A stretch of 64,000 nt of DNA from Marsupella aquatica. Taxonomy: Eukaryota > Plantae > Marchantiophyta. Positions 1 to 13,365 of this stretch are shown one piece after another; the first letter of the stretch is position 1, and each line of letters begins with the position of its first letter. The notes beneath the pieces are model-generated. The model saw only the letters and a program-made list of their open reading frames with translations, ran no database searches and was not told where the DNA came from. A program made the translations under genes and the position numbers. The stretch lies in contig OZ316893.1 of NCBI GenBank assembly GCA_973895155.1, positions 25,780,798 to 25,844,797 of the forward strand, given 5' to 3'.

Positions 1-844
1 GGAGTATTAGCGAGGAGGAGGAGGGGGTCGCCGATGGGGTATTGACAGGGGTGCAAGGGTCGGGAGGGTGTGTATAGACACCACGAAAAAAGGCCCTATT
101 CTAAGGCAAAATATGCACAAAAAATAAATTTGTTGGGTTACTCACACTGCCGTTATCACTTTACACCAGATAAAGACTAGTTGTCGACGGGAAATGTTAC
201 TGAATTGCATCGGTAACGTTTGCAACTCTAGCAGAGTAAAAAATTCCCGTCACGACTCCTTCACTCCGCGTCAATTGTCAATCTTGGACTCAAAATGACC
301 ACTGCACCGCGATCTCTCCGTTGAGCCGTTGCACTCCCCGTTTCTTCCTCCGAATCGAACGCAACGACAAGTAACCCCGCTTCAGTCAAAAGAAGACTCC
401 ATAGCCAGTCAGAAACTCAGAACGGCTCTTTTGCTTGGTACATCGCACTCACTACACCCTCAATAGCAAACCAGCTACCGAAATGATCAGCTTTGCCCGA
501 TCTACGATTTGAGCTAAAGGTTGTGACGCCTCGCGCACCACAAAGCTCACACCATCGAGAAAATGATCTCAGTTCCCCCCCAAAAGAACCGTCGAAGAAA
601 ACCGTCGAACACGAATCACAAAAAATCCAGAACGACGGAAACGTGAATTCCTCCGCACCACGAACTCCGTTCAGAGATTTCTTTGCACTGTCGGAAAGCC
701 CTTGCCCCGATCTATCCGTTGAGCCCAAAACCTCCAAGTTCCATGCGACAGAACTCCGTGAAATCCACCAACTCTAACCGCTGGAAAAACTGTCACCAAC
801 ACGTCACAAAAAATTTGATCACCTCAACGTCACCTCCCAAGCTT
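1..844 (-). mobile_element. 5' internal/leader region of the left-edge LTR element; no recognisable gag within the window
   Basis: Lies downstream of LTR+PBS on the minus strand. The short ORFs here show no gag motifs. Confidence 0.6.
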
Positions 845-856
845 GCTCTGATACCA
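845..856 (-). other. Primer-binding site complementary to the 3' end of tRNA-iMet
   Basis: Plus-strand GCTCTGATACCA is minus-strand TGGTATCAGAGC, the canonical plant PBS, adjacent to the LTR end. Confidence 0.9.
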
Positions 857-858
857 AT

Positions 859-1190
859 TGTTGAACTAAGACGTCATTCGCAACGACAATACAACCATGA
901 CTCATTCCATGCACACGCAGTTGACACAATCTCTACGTGGTTCACCTCTTCTCCAAGGCTACGTCCACACAAACACTCAAGCTTTACTTCAAGAGTAAAC
1001 GAACACACATGCTCTTCCTCTTCCTCAAGTTGCTCCGTTACAATGAGTAAGCACCACTCACCAGCGGCTTACACTAGTCCTGGTATATACAAGGTCACAC
1101 ACGACTAACCTAACCTCAGCTAAGACCCTAACTGTGGTTAGCCTAAGTGCCGTAACCTTTGAGTCACAAGACTAAGAGCAATCCTTAACA
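859..1190 (-). mobile_element. 5' LTR (332 bp) of an LTR retrotransposon whose internal region runs off the left edge
   Basis: TGTT...AACA termini. Followed on the minus strand, after 2 nt, by the PBS TGGTATCAGAGC (845-856). About 95% identical by eye (about 17 mismatches) to the inverted solo LTR at 40020-40351. Confidence 0.9.
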
Positions 1191-1332
1191 ACTTCGTCAG
1201 CCATAGAGCTTGTGCTCAAAGACTCAACAATGAAAGATGAGGTCGTTGAGCTAACCTAAGGGGATAACTATCCCTCACAGACTCAAACTAAACACTAAAT
1301 GCTCACATACAAAACCTATATACTTAGATAGT

Positions 1333-1650
1333 ATGATAGACTATACTACCACTCCAAATGGTGTGAAACCGTCACAACAACTACTGTTATGCAACCACAA
1401 CACAACCACAACATGGCCACAACAATCACGCAATTGCCATGAGAACACTTCCAACAAGTACATCATTTGTCACAACAATGATACAATCTCAGTGGTAAGT
1501 AACTTACCACTTCCAATATGCAACAACAACAACACTTTCATAACCAGACCACAACTACATAACTACCACAATGATGACACAGCTGCAATGAGATCCACCA
1601 CAACAGCATAGCTCAACAAGATCACTTCAATTCCATAACAACAATGTAAA
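1333..1650. repeat. CAA/ACA-rich low-complexity tract
   Basis: Numerous caacaac/accacaac units; the ORF 1333-1611 is an Asn/Thr/His-rich compositional artefact. Confidence 0.55.
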
Positions 1651-4600
1651 ACAGGTTGCCTTTTTCCCATAGAAATATTGAGAGTTTAATTTATGAGTGT
1701 AAAGCATATTGACTTTTATGAGTGCAATCAATTTCACTGTCGATGACTACTTGGACTACCTTAGTGCTGGGGACACCTCAAATTTTCACAAATTCTCAAA
1801 TGCCTTGCAAGTCGCCAAAAATACTTTGCCTGGAATTCTGCAATGCCAAGTTTGAATTTATTCAATAATTACAACAAGTGGCAACAGTTTGGAACGACAA
1901 ACACATTCATTGGAAGTTGTAATTGTCACATAAATAATGACCATGTGATTTGTAACGACTACAGTAGAGACATTTGTGAAAATACTTTTCTTTAATTTAA
2001 AATTTCCTTAAAACTCTATGAAATTATTATTATTATTATTATTATTTATTTAATTTTTTTATTTTTATTTTATGAAAGTGACTTTTATGAGAATCATCGT
2101 GGGGTCCCAGTCAATTCATGCCCTGGACACAATTCATGATGTACTTTACTCGATGGAAGCTCTTGTTTGGTCCATAATGATTGATGAAGCAGCCCAGATC
2201 ACCAGATGGCAAAACTGCTATTATTGCCTATGCAATTGGGTGTCTCACACCTGGACGATTGCCGAAAAAAACTTCATTCGAAACCACCAGTTTTTTTCAT
2301 GGCTCAGGGTGTACAAACACAATTTTGCGCCAACTTACCGCAGTACTAGGTCCCTCAAGTGCTCTACACAATATGTATTTCTTTCTTGGCTCCATTCTCC
2401 ACCCTTAAACTTAGGCATACCTTGAAAAAATAGAATAAAATTTAAAAACTTAGACAAACTCCTTGAGAAAGAAAGAGGGTAGGTTCCCCTGGCCAGACTG
2501 GATAGGAGATTATGAGCCTCGATTGCAAGAATAAGACCGCAAGTCCTAATGCAAAGGAAAATATATAGGAGGGGGTTAAAGATCGAGGACAGTTTAGCAC
2601 AGGATGAAAGCTTTTCACCCTGGGTTGCGCTGGCTTGAGGATTGTGAGCCTCAACCTAAAACTAGGCCCATGACCCAAGATATCTGGTCACATTATAGTG
2701 AACTAATATCTAAAATTCATTCTTACAATATGTTTCTGAAATAACATCATGGGGCTATGTTCGGGCCCCCATCACAATAGGAACTACAATTTAGCCAACA
2801 AAGCAAAACACATGCAAAGGAATTCAGGATGGAGGGCAACCGTAAGCACAGGATGTGAGCACGGCATAAATGTGTTGGGCTGGGCTGTTATTTGGGTAAG
2901 AAAAAGAACAGGGTGCAAGCCCAGGAGCAGGAAAAGTCATGAGGACTCCATATTCCTATTTTGACCTAGGTGTTTCCTGGAAATCTCACCGCAGTTGCTG
3001 AGATTCCCTGTCATCGTTGTTGGTGCTGTAACTGCAATATTACTTCATCAAAAAAAATTTAAAAATTCCATTTCACTTATTGTAGGAGGTTGGTGCTGTT
3101 ATTGCAATACAGATATTGCCTCAAAAAACATTAAAATTCTCACATAGGCCTATCCTTCAATTTTGGACACTTTCACCTTACTTACTATGTTTGCTTTTCC
3201 TCTTTGTGCTCTTGCTGCCATAAATTTTACATCTTCGAAAAATAAAATTAAATAAGATCTGGACACATTTTCCGTGTACTGCATTTAGGCGGGACGGAGG
3301 CAGTACCGTAAGGTATCGTACTAAAACTCTCAACTACGGACGTAAACGGCACGAGTGGAGGTTCCAGAACACTTGCTGAAAATGGAAGTATGGGCAGGGA
3401 TCTCGCGCGGTCAGCATGGCCACTTTCGGTAACGGCACGCAGTAACCATGTGCGTGGTCCGATCCGCAGCCGTCAACACGGGCAGCTACGGCGGACATAG
3501 TGGTCGTGCGACTCCGCAACAGCATCGGCACGCAGTAACGTTTGCTGTGGTCAGATACCCAGTAGGAAACATCCGCAAGTGGTCAGATTCCCCACAGGAA
3601 ACATACCACATTATTTTTTTAAGGATTTTAATTTTTAGCTCGAGTGGCGAATATTAAGTGTGTGAAGAAAAGATGCTCAAAACATTACTTTTCTGATTAT
3701 TTTCCTGATGTAAGGGTGACCGTTAGATTCTGGCTAACAGGGTCTGTGATTAGTTGGGACAATGGCTAGTTAGGCAGAAAAATACTAGCCAATTTTTGCA
3801 AAAGCATTTTGGGGAGGTAGAATTTGGCAAATTTTTGCCACTAAAAAATGCTCAAACATACCCTAGTGCATCATAAACTAAGTAAATTTTGTTTTTGTGC
3901 TATTCCCGGAGTTAGGCATCTTGGTGGGAATCAACAATGGGCATTTGGTAAATGTTATTTTTTCCACACTGTTGGATCAGCCCAAAATACCCTTTTGACA
4001 TGTTGTGTATCCGCCTACCTTAGCCCGCTTTGCACACCCTTGTTATGCAGGTGCCATTGTGCATCCCCTCCTCGAAGCTGGTTGCACCTGTTGTGCCATC
4101 ATGCGCTCCAAAACTCCTTGTGTCCCCTCGCAACCCCGCATAAATGCCTTGGCCTGACCCAAGGTGTGATGTTGTTGACAAGGTTTTGTCTTGACAACAG
4201 TTTTTTTTATCAACCCCGGCATCAATAACACCCTCAATGACACTTTCTTGCCTCCGCAACATTTCATTCCTAAATAGCTTCCCTGTCTCGATGAAACTTA
4301 CATGCCTCAATGGCACCCTTGCGTGGATGACAAACAAAAGACCTAACGGCACCATTACATGGATGACAAACAAAAGGGGTTAACAACTTCTTTGCCTCCA
4401 CAACATTTCCTTGCCTCGTCTCAATATTATTGGGCTAGTTAATATTATTGGGTCGTTGCCATATGGTTACTCACATGGACCCAAGTATCATGCAGGCTGA
4501 CTGCGTCGTCTAACTATGCACGACGGTACGCAGTGCTGAGATCCTCAGCGGGCAACACACACAGTGGCCCCTCTCCCTCGTCGCAGTCGAGTCGCGCAGT

Positions 4601-5201
4601 CACGCCGTGTTTCCGCCGCACGCACTGCGTCTTTGTTCCTTCCTTAGTTTCTTGCTTCCCTTCCTTCTCTTTCCTTTGTTACTTCTCTCCTACCCCTTCC
4701 TTCTTCATCAACGCGGCTCCGCCGCCTCGCCTATGTATACAGCTTGCTCGACTCCCTCCCCAATCTTACTCACGCCTTCGAACAATTTCTCAATTGTCCC
4801 ACCCCTCCCCTCCGCCGTCACAGCCCGGAGTCTAATTGTTGGCCTCCTAGTTCGCTGCTCGCAATTGCTGACTACTGAGTAGTTCCCGTCGGTCGAGTTT
4901 GATTTGTGCCTTCAACGCTGTTTAGCAGGTGGGTATGCGCGTTTCTGTCAATTGAGATGGATGCCAGGACTCTTTAGCATGTTTATGCTGGGGGTCTTTT
5001 GACGCAGGCTTCTTCCTACACTGCTGATGTTTTTTCAGCACGATTTTCTTTTGTATGGAGTTTTCGTCGACGCGATTTGTTCTATGTATGCGTTTGTTGA
5101 GTTCCTTTCTGTTCATGACGCAGGTGAGTTTTTGGCGGCAGCGTTTTTGAAATTGCGGAATAGAGCTGTCGTCGAGCAGGCAGTTGGGTGAAGCGAAGAC
5201 G

Positions 5202-6004
5202 ATGTCGACAGTCCTGAAGCAAGGCGTGCAGGTGGACGTGGAATTGTATCTTCCTGTACAGATGCTGTGGGACGCGCTTTTGAATTTGGAGAATGTGGCG
5301 CCCAAGACTTCCCTCTACTTGAGCCACAAATTGTTGCAGGGGACAGGGGGCGTTGGTAGCATCAGTCTAATGCAGTTCGCTGATGGTAAGCTCTTTTCGT
5401 TCTAAGGCTGTTTATATTTGGCCAACATTTTGATAGAGGTCTTACCCTTGCTTGATCTCGGTTTTGTGAACTAATTCATTCGTTGGAATAGGTAGGTTCA
5501 ATTGTTTGCCCTTCGAACTTTTTGGGGAGTACTTCAAATTTGTCCGCTGAGGATTTTTGTACAAGTTACCGTTCAATTGACCGTGGGAAGCTTCTTGAAT
5601 TCTTTACTATTACGAGGGGAGGACAGGAGAGGGGACTGAGCTCGTTCTGAATGATTCTGTTTGCCATCCATACAGGTCGGTATGAGAAGGAGCGCGTTGA
5701 TTTGGTGGATAGCAGGACGTACACGCTCGTTTCGACTGTCATTGCTCAGGAATCTGCAATGTGTTTTAATCTTTACACCAAAACCATGGCTCTGTCCCCC
5801 GCACGTAATGGCACCACCACCATCGCGAGATGGCGAGCCGAGTGTGTTCCGACAACAGACGGATCATCACCGGTTAGCAGGGCCAGCGATTATGCACTCA
5901 CCTTCTTCAGGGCGTTAGAGAAGTATTTGATATCAGCGCAAGAAAGATCTGCCGTACTGAACGGAGATCATCACCTAGTGAAACTGGCAAAGCTTGCCCA
6001 GTGA
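5202..6004 (+). CDS. Bet v 1 / PR-10 / MLP-like (START-fold) protein, about 170 aa, 2 coding exons
   Basis: Exon 1 5202-5385 (MSTVLKQGVQVDVELYLPVQMLWDALL...LQGTGGVGSISLMQFAD, with the Gly-rich loop GxGGxGS). GT-AG phase-1 intron 5386-5675 at the usual PR-10 position. Exon 2 5676-6004 (GRYEKERVDLVD...FFRALEKYL). 513 nt in frame. Confidence 0.88.
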
Positions 6005-7600
6005 ACTGAAAGGGTCATCCATTGAAATGAGAAACTCTGGGTACTGAATGGAGAGCTTCATCTAGTGAAAGTAGACTACTCAAGAACGAGACCTTGTAAA
6101 AAATAAATTTAGACTCTCTCGTCTGTAGTGTTCTGGCTTTTGGGACTGGCTTGTATCTTGTCTCTTGGACCAGGAATTCGGTAACATCTAGATCAATTCA
6201 ATCATTCTTACTTTCTGTCGTTTTCTTCAAAGGTTTTTGAAGAATTTATCACAGCAGGGTACTTTCCCACTTAATCGTCGTGAAACGATAGTGAAATTGG
6301 AGATCACTAGCTTAGTTTGAATCGGTTAAGATTACAACGGTGTACCCACCAGGATTGGATTGTTAGAAGCTTTAAACAGATGATTTTCCTCGCCAGCCAT
6401 TTTTGCAATGTTTTCTGCAGGGTTCCCGACCATAAGCCCTTGAAAACACTTGTAAATACACACGCCAGTTGTAAATACGATTCGTCAAAATAATGACAAT
6501 TTGAGAAATGAATACTGGGATAAATTTGCCAATGAGTGACAACTAGTGTGCAGCTTCCAACGTACGTTTCTGCCTGAAATTGAGCAGGGCTAGCAAAACA
6601 GTAGGTGGGATTCCTAATTTTGTGGTCCCGGTTTCGTCAGTTACATCGTCTCCTTCTATTCTCATGGACTTCATTGTGTTCCAATACTTCTCACGAATGC
6701 TGTGCCTGTGCTATGTTCCAGCTTCCGAAACCTTTGGAGAGAGCTTCTGCTCTGTTCTTATAGACTCCATTATGCTCACTGGAGCCCAACGGATGATATG
6801 CTTGTGCTACCTTCCTTCTGAGAAAGAGATCACTCCTTTCGCATCAGGCGAAATGTACAAAGCATTGTCAGTCCCTACAGCTCGCCTAACCGATGTGAAA
6901 TGTTTTGTCAACATCCAAAACACACACAAGCTGTCGGGAGAGACTCCTTCCTCGTGCTTCCAGAAGAGCAATGGAAAGCCAGCAAGGGCATTTCCGTGAA
7001 AAAGAAGTACCAAGCAAGTCTTCGATCAGGGCTGGACGACAGGCAGGAATCTGGGCAGAGCATTACTTTCTCCTGAAGAAAATATTTGGGCTCGTAACTT
7101 TTGCAGAGTTTCATTCTGTGGTCTTCTGTCGACAAGACATAGTTAGCATTCATGTGGGTTTTTGTTTGCTCCAAGTCTCTATGAGCAAGCAATGCTTTCT
7201 CTCACTGACTCCTACTATTTAGGTACGCTTCGTGCATATCCAAGGTGTGACGTCTCTTCTAGATGGTGCCTACATTTATTTGCATTTTGGAGGTGTGAGG
7301 GCTCTCTCCGCGAGGTAATTGTGTGCTAGTTCCTCGTATTTCTCCTCTTCTCCTCTTCTAGTTTGTGCCGTTGTTTATCTTAAAAGATGTGTTATTAGTC
7401 ACCTTTTCCTTTTGGGGGGTGTTATGCACTCATGATACCATATTAGTCACATTTTCTATTTTTCTTTTGGGTTTAAAGTTTGTCTAGTTCTATAATCTAC
7501 AGTAGCTCAGTTTTGGTAACAATTTGGGGAAAGTGCTGCATGACTTCACTAGAGATCGCATTTTGACAAGGACTGTTAATGGTGGCGATGACTTGTGTTT

Positions 7601-7712
7601 GAAAAGGTGAATTCAGTGAGGATGGTGCCCCGATTGAGTTATATTGGAAAAGGTGAATTTGATGAGAATGGTGCCGATTGGGTTGTGCTGCAAAGGTGAA
7701 TTCATGAAAGAT
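7601..7712. repeat. Three degenerate ~45-bp tandem units (AAAGGTGAATT...ATGGTGCC)
   Basis: AAAGGTGAATT recurs at about 7603, 7649 and 7692. Confidence 0.5.
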
Positions 7713-8419
7713 GTGCGGATACCAATGGCAGGGGTTTGTGCTACACAGTACTTTGATATAAACTAGGTTTCAAATGCATGAAGTAAAGGTGATGTACATT
7801 CCTCAATATCAGAGGTCTAGATTGAAGATCGAAGGTCTACATTCTTCGATCTACATTCTCAGAAAGGCTTTTGATTCGACGGTAGAAAACTGGGAAGGAA
7901 GGAGATCTCAACAGTAGTCGCAACCACTGGTCGTTCAACAACAGAATGCCCTAAGTACACCATAGCGCCATGTGGATCTACTGTAGGCAATAAATAACTA
8001 ATGAACCTCACAAAGTATTTGGGGGGCATTTGTGCAAACCTAAATATAATTTGGTCAATGTAATTTTTTAAATCTATTTTGGGGTATATGTTGTTTTTTT
8101 AAATAAAAAATGTACAAAAACATTCTTGTGTGAAGCGGGATGCGACTGTGCTTTAAAGGACAATATTCTTTCCCTGCGTGTCACCTAACCTAAAAATAAT
8201 TGGTGAGTGTTTCCTAACCTTTAAATAGTTAATGTTTTGTGTGCTACCTAACCTTAAATTTGTTAGAGAACTTTGTTTATGTAAGTTTCATGTTAATCAA
8301 GAAGTTGGAGTGATGACAGAGTTGCATATGGGAATAGGTTTTGGAGATGAGAGTACAAAAAAAGTAGACTATTCATGGTAAAAGTCAAATGTTCACTTGG
8401 TACTCCTATGTCCATAGAG

Positions 8420-8606
8420 CCCATATAACATAAGCCATACAGCCCATATAACATTCTATACAGTCCATGTAAAATGTTAAAGTAGCCAAGGGTTTCTTAC
8501 ATTCCCTTGGTGGAACCCATATAACACTACCCATACAGCCCATATAATAGTCTATACAGTCTATGTAAAATGTTAAAGTAGCCATCTGAAGGGGTTTCTT
8601 ACATTC
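8420..8606. repeat. Two-copy ~96-bp tandem duplication
   Basis: CCCATATAACA...CCATACAGCCCATATAA...CTATACAGTC.ATGTAAAATGTTAAAGTAGCCA...GGGTTTCTTACATTC occurs twice. Confidence 0.8.
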
Positions 8607-9673
8607 ACTTGGTATTCCTGTGTCAACTGTAGCCAAATTATTTCTTGTTTGATTGGTTGAAAAGTTTCTTTCTATCCATGGTTATTTCAAAAGTCTGTCA
8701 GTCATAAAGAAAATTCAAGCAATTTATCAGTAAACTTTGATATATCAGTCACAACCCATCCAATGGTTATTTTGTTCACCCTTTTTTTACCTATTTGTTT
8801 TTGTTTATTTGAAGTGTTACTTTCAAGTTTCATTGTTCTTCGAATTATATGATTTAACTGTTTTCCTTTGCCTTGCCTCAAACATGAATAGTCACATTTG
8901 GTTATTTTCACACAACTAATATTTCTTGTTTGTGATCAATATTGCTGATGTGGTTGCATGTGCTTCCAAGGATTTTGAAAGTAATTTCTCATGGTAGTTC
9001 TTAATAAATAATTCCTGAGTGTTTCCTAGCCTTAAACAATTAACCTTTTGTGTATCTTTGGTGTGAAGTGGGATGTAACTATGTTTAGAGTGTTTCCTAA
9101 TCTTAAAATAATCAATGTTTCTATGGTAACCCAACTAACAGGAACTACCTAACTATGGTAAGCCTTTCTGAGAATGTAGATCGAAGAAATTGGGTTACCA
9201 TAGTGGCAGAATTCGACGGTCAATAACATCAGGGCAGGCAACCCTCAAGCGGAAATAAGCGGATGTAGTAGAAACTAAGCCAGGTAGGTTTCAGGAACAG
9301 GTCTAGCCTGAGCAGGAGTGACACTGAGACTCTGAGAGTACTTAGTGTCCTGGACCCTGAACGCTAATAATACCAAAAGCGTCACACACAAGGAGACCAG
9401 CCAGACAGATCACTAAGAAGTACTTATTAATCATTTCCATTCTATGATGCCCAGTACTTTGAAAGTACCCTAAATGCAAATAGCACACAAGGACCACAGA
9501 GAGCACTGGAAGAGACCAGCGCTGTCTCACTAAAGCTATTTTATTAATCATTCAGCTTCATGCTATGATGCATTCATTACATTGCCCTAAGCGTAATGTA
9601 GTATCGTACTAATCACTTGCTTGAATTTATTGGTTCTTCCATGCGCAACCCTAAACCCCAAACATTTCTTCCA

Positions 9674-9836
9674 CTAAGCCAGCTGGTTGACTGTCCACCA
9701 CTGCCTCGAATGCATCCCAGATGACATTTCTTCCTTGAAAGAAATATGCAGGCTTTAGCATGCTCCCATGAATCTCCCTGTAAGCCAGCTGCTTGAACTG
9801 TCCACCACTGCCTCATATGCATCTCAAATGACATTC
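9674..9836. repeat. Two-copy direct repeat with a ~55-bp core
   Basis: TAAGCCAGCTG.TTGA(A)CTGTCCACCACTGCCTC...ATGCATC.CA.ATGACATT at about 9675 and 9781. Confidence 0.7.
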
Positions 9837-12800
9837 TCCTGCATGAATGTGGCCAGGCATAGCAGTTTGCAAGTGTTTGTGGGGTGGTGGTAACTGCACT
9901 TCAAAATGCAGCACCTGGATATCAACACTTGGTCTTATAAGAGAACAATCAGGTTTTTATGGCATGGAAAATTTAATTCTGCCTGTGAGCATGTGCATTT
10001 ACTGCCAAAAAGTGAAAGGGTGTTTCCTGAGACAGAGCGGCAGAAGCAACAATGGGAGCAGTATGTTTCCAAAGAAATACTTCCTCAACCTTCCTTCAAG
10101 TTGTCGTGAACGTCAGAAGCACTAATAAAAACCAAAAGGTTCCCTCCTTCCATTGCCCACCAATCTTGGTACTATAACCAAATCTAATGAATGATCATGA
10201 CCAGTCCTACAGACTACTAAATGTCATATCCTTTAAAAACACAGTCAAGGTTGCTAATATTTATGCTGCCTTTGGGAGGAGCCACCCTGGTGATGAATAG
10301 CGGGCCTTTCCCTTATTGTGGCATCTTTTCAAGGGCAAGCGAACTCTATGCCACTAGTGAAGATTAGGATAGATCATTTGAGTAAGAAGAAGGGAATAGA
10401 TACTTGCTACAAGAATGATTCTATCACAAACCATCAATAATGCAAAATAGTTCCATTGGTGTGGGAATCCAGGCTTCTGTCACTTGTTCTCCTATGTACA
10501 CATTAACTTAGTATATCTTCACCTAATTAAAATAAGTATATTTTGAAAATATATAGTTTACACATATTCATATTCCAAAATTAAATGACTTTCTTTTAGT
10601 TCGTGAAGGGTGTAAAAACGTTAGTTTGTACTATAAACACTGTGTTTGATTTTATATACTTTGTAAAACTTTAGTCAAAACAATTTTAAAATATATGTTT
10701 TGGATCACCATTGTATTTTGCAATTCACCCCCCAGAATAGTATACTCTCATCTTCGCATTTTGGTGGTGAGGACAGAGGCCGTCTTCTCAAATCTTTGAA
10801 TGAACTCATTTGGATCAGATTACACTTGCACTATCGAACAACAATTATAAAATTACATGCGAAGTGGTCTATTCTAAGAAAAATGATAGGCAGGGAGACC
10901 TGATGTGGTCAGAGCAATATTGTTGAGCATCAGATAGAAAAGACTTTATATCTTTGTACAATCACACTCAGAGAATCAAAATTTTGCAAAATTGAGGCAA
11001 AACTCACAGCGCATGTGATTATTTTGTTTAATTATTATTTTAAATTTACAAATATGCAAATATGGTTTTTTTTTTTTTGGGGGGGGGGGGGGGAGGTTAC
11101 TCTGCTCAAGCAAGAAAGCTTTCCAGAGGGAGATCCGTACATTCAAAACAATCTTGGTAAATGAATTCTTTAGCTATTGGGCACCAGGCATTTGTTTTGC
11201 TAACAATCTTTTGTATCAACCAAAACATTCCATGTTGGCAATACCTTGCACCCAATTTAGGTGGTTATTTTCTTTCCTTGAAACTGAGAGAGTGTGGCAA
11301 GGAGCGAGAGGGGGAAAAGGTACAAAAAGGGGCTGTGGAAGAAAAGGAAGGAACAAAGGACCGAGGGCCAAGAAGGAAAAAGAGGGGGAGGGGGGGGGGG
11401 GGGGTGTTAATTAAAAAAAAAACTGTCCAACACAAAACAACCTAGCTCCTGCTCCAACACTTGCCTCAACTCTCCTGGAACATGCCTCTATTGTTGTCTT
11501 GTAGTGATATGTAATTCATTTGACTTATTTTATGATAAAAGAAGTAGATACATGTAAACTATATGCTAATAAATTAATATCTGTTAATTAAGAGTAAATG
11601 ACATCAAAGATTGAGTGACACCTTTCACATGTCAAAAATGTACATTATGACCAAGAAAGTACAAAAGTACTAAAGAGTTGTGCACATACAATACAGATTT
11701 GCACTTGTTCCTAGGTAGAGATAATCAACTCAATTAAAACCATAAATTTTGCAAAGAAACCCATGAGGGAAACTTAATACACAAGATGTGCACATTGTTC
11801 AAATTTATTTGTTTCACTCTCATGAGAAAAAAGCTAACTAGTGATTGAAAATGAAAAATTAAACATTTAGGAGGGGAGCCAAATATATTCAAAATACTCT
11901 AAATTCATTAAAATTAAAGGGATCTAAAAGTTAATTCAAAATCAAATTAATACAAATGATTCACCTTGTTAAGGCACATTAAATTTCAAATATTGAACAC
12001 AAAATATGAATAAGACAAAATCTAAAAGATGGATTCACCATATAGCAGTTTCTATATGGCACTTGCCTCAACTCTCCCTACCCATTTATGTCTTCTATCC
12101 CGAAGAGTGTACTTAATCCAAGGTACATTAAAGTTGCACTCACATGACTCATTGCGTTTTGATAACTCAGGCAGGTCAGTGTGGGATGGATTTACAAAAT
12201 TGGATCGCATTTTGACTAGAAACTGGGCATCTTCAAGATTAACCCCAACAAGGTGTCCCATAGTGGCCCAACCAAAGTAATGCACTTCTTGTTGGGGACT
12301 ATTTGGCTTTTTGGCTCTTCTTGGGTTTCCCTTGTTTTTTACCCTTAGTTTGATGGGTCATTTGCCTTTGGAATCCTGGTTTGGAGCATTTAGTTCTTGG
12401 CAGTGTGTTATATAATTGCATTTAGAGAAAGTATGGGGTAGATTTAACATTCTCATGAAATTATGCAAATTTACAAGTTGAACTGTATTTATAGTTGCAC
12501 TCAATCAGCTCGTCTCTGACAGATTAATATCAGCCTATAGGCTTGTGACTTTTGAAACATTCAATCTCAATCCTCATGTTTTTTAAGCAGACTTCTTTTT
12601 TATTGCCTCTGAGATTAAATCTGGATCTTACAATGAATGGAAATGGCTGGAACACTTCACAAGAACCCATTCAGGTATAGTATCTAATGATCCTACATGG
12701 CAAGTGTTGGGGCCCAATGAAATTCTCATGTGTCGAGCTTATTTTGTCTACAATTTTAAACGAGTTGTTCCAAACATTTGCAAACTTTGAGCTCATTCAT

Positions 12801-13090
12801 TCAAGAATTTACATTAATTAGACTTCATTTCAAAAGATTTTGATTCTGGAGTCTTTCTTGAGAAGAGGAAGTTTCTCTCCAATTTGCTATGGTGAAAAGA
12901 AGTCACAAGTTTACGTCCATGACGACAAGACCTCGACCTTCTCCAGTTCCCCATCATCCTTGTTTTGTTTCTGTTCCTCCAATTGCAGAACTCAATTCTC
13001 AGTGCGGGTGCTTCGCCATGGAATGTTTCAGATCTCCGTTTCCAGCCCATCAAGCTATTCTGCCGCACCATGATTATGTCTGTCCTCGTT

Positions 13091-13365
13091 GTCTTCTTCA
13101 GCACTGCAAACAACTCCTCCAGTAATTTTATGAGCAATTTCACGAAGCACCTTTCTCCAGATGGATGAAGCAGGCCGTCATTGTGTTCTTCCGCACTACA
13201 AGCAACTCCTACATCGATTTTACGAGCAACTCCTCGAGTTTCACGAACCACTTTCTCCAGATGAAGCTGGCTGTCAAAGTCTTCTTCAGCACGCCAAGCA
13301 ACGCCTCCAGCAATTTTACGAGCAATTTCATGAACCACTTTCGCCGGGTGAAGCAGGCCGTGTGC
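13091..13365. repeat. Three degenerate ~95-bp tandem units
   Basis: GTCTTCTTCAGCAC...CTCCAG.AATTTTA.GAGCAA...TTTCA.GAA.CACTTT...TGAAGC.GGC.GT recurs at about 13091, 13183 and 13279. Confidence 0.75.

Noticed and set aside
2090-2350. Minus-strand GDLGCFINH resembling a SET-domain motif
   Set aside because: The frame has several stops and no other SET motifs; the match is too weak.
3285-3305. GGGACGGAGGCAGTA resembling a Stowaway MITE terminal inverted repeat
   Set aside because: No matching opposite TIR was found nearby.
11066-11422. Poly-T/poly-G and poly-G/poly-A runs and associated Gly/Lys ORFs
   Set aside because: Simple homopolymer low complexity; no support for coding or for a SINE/retrocopy.
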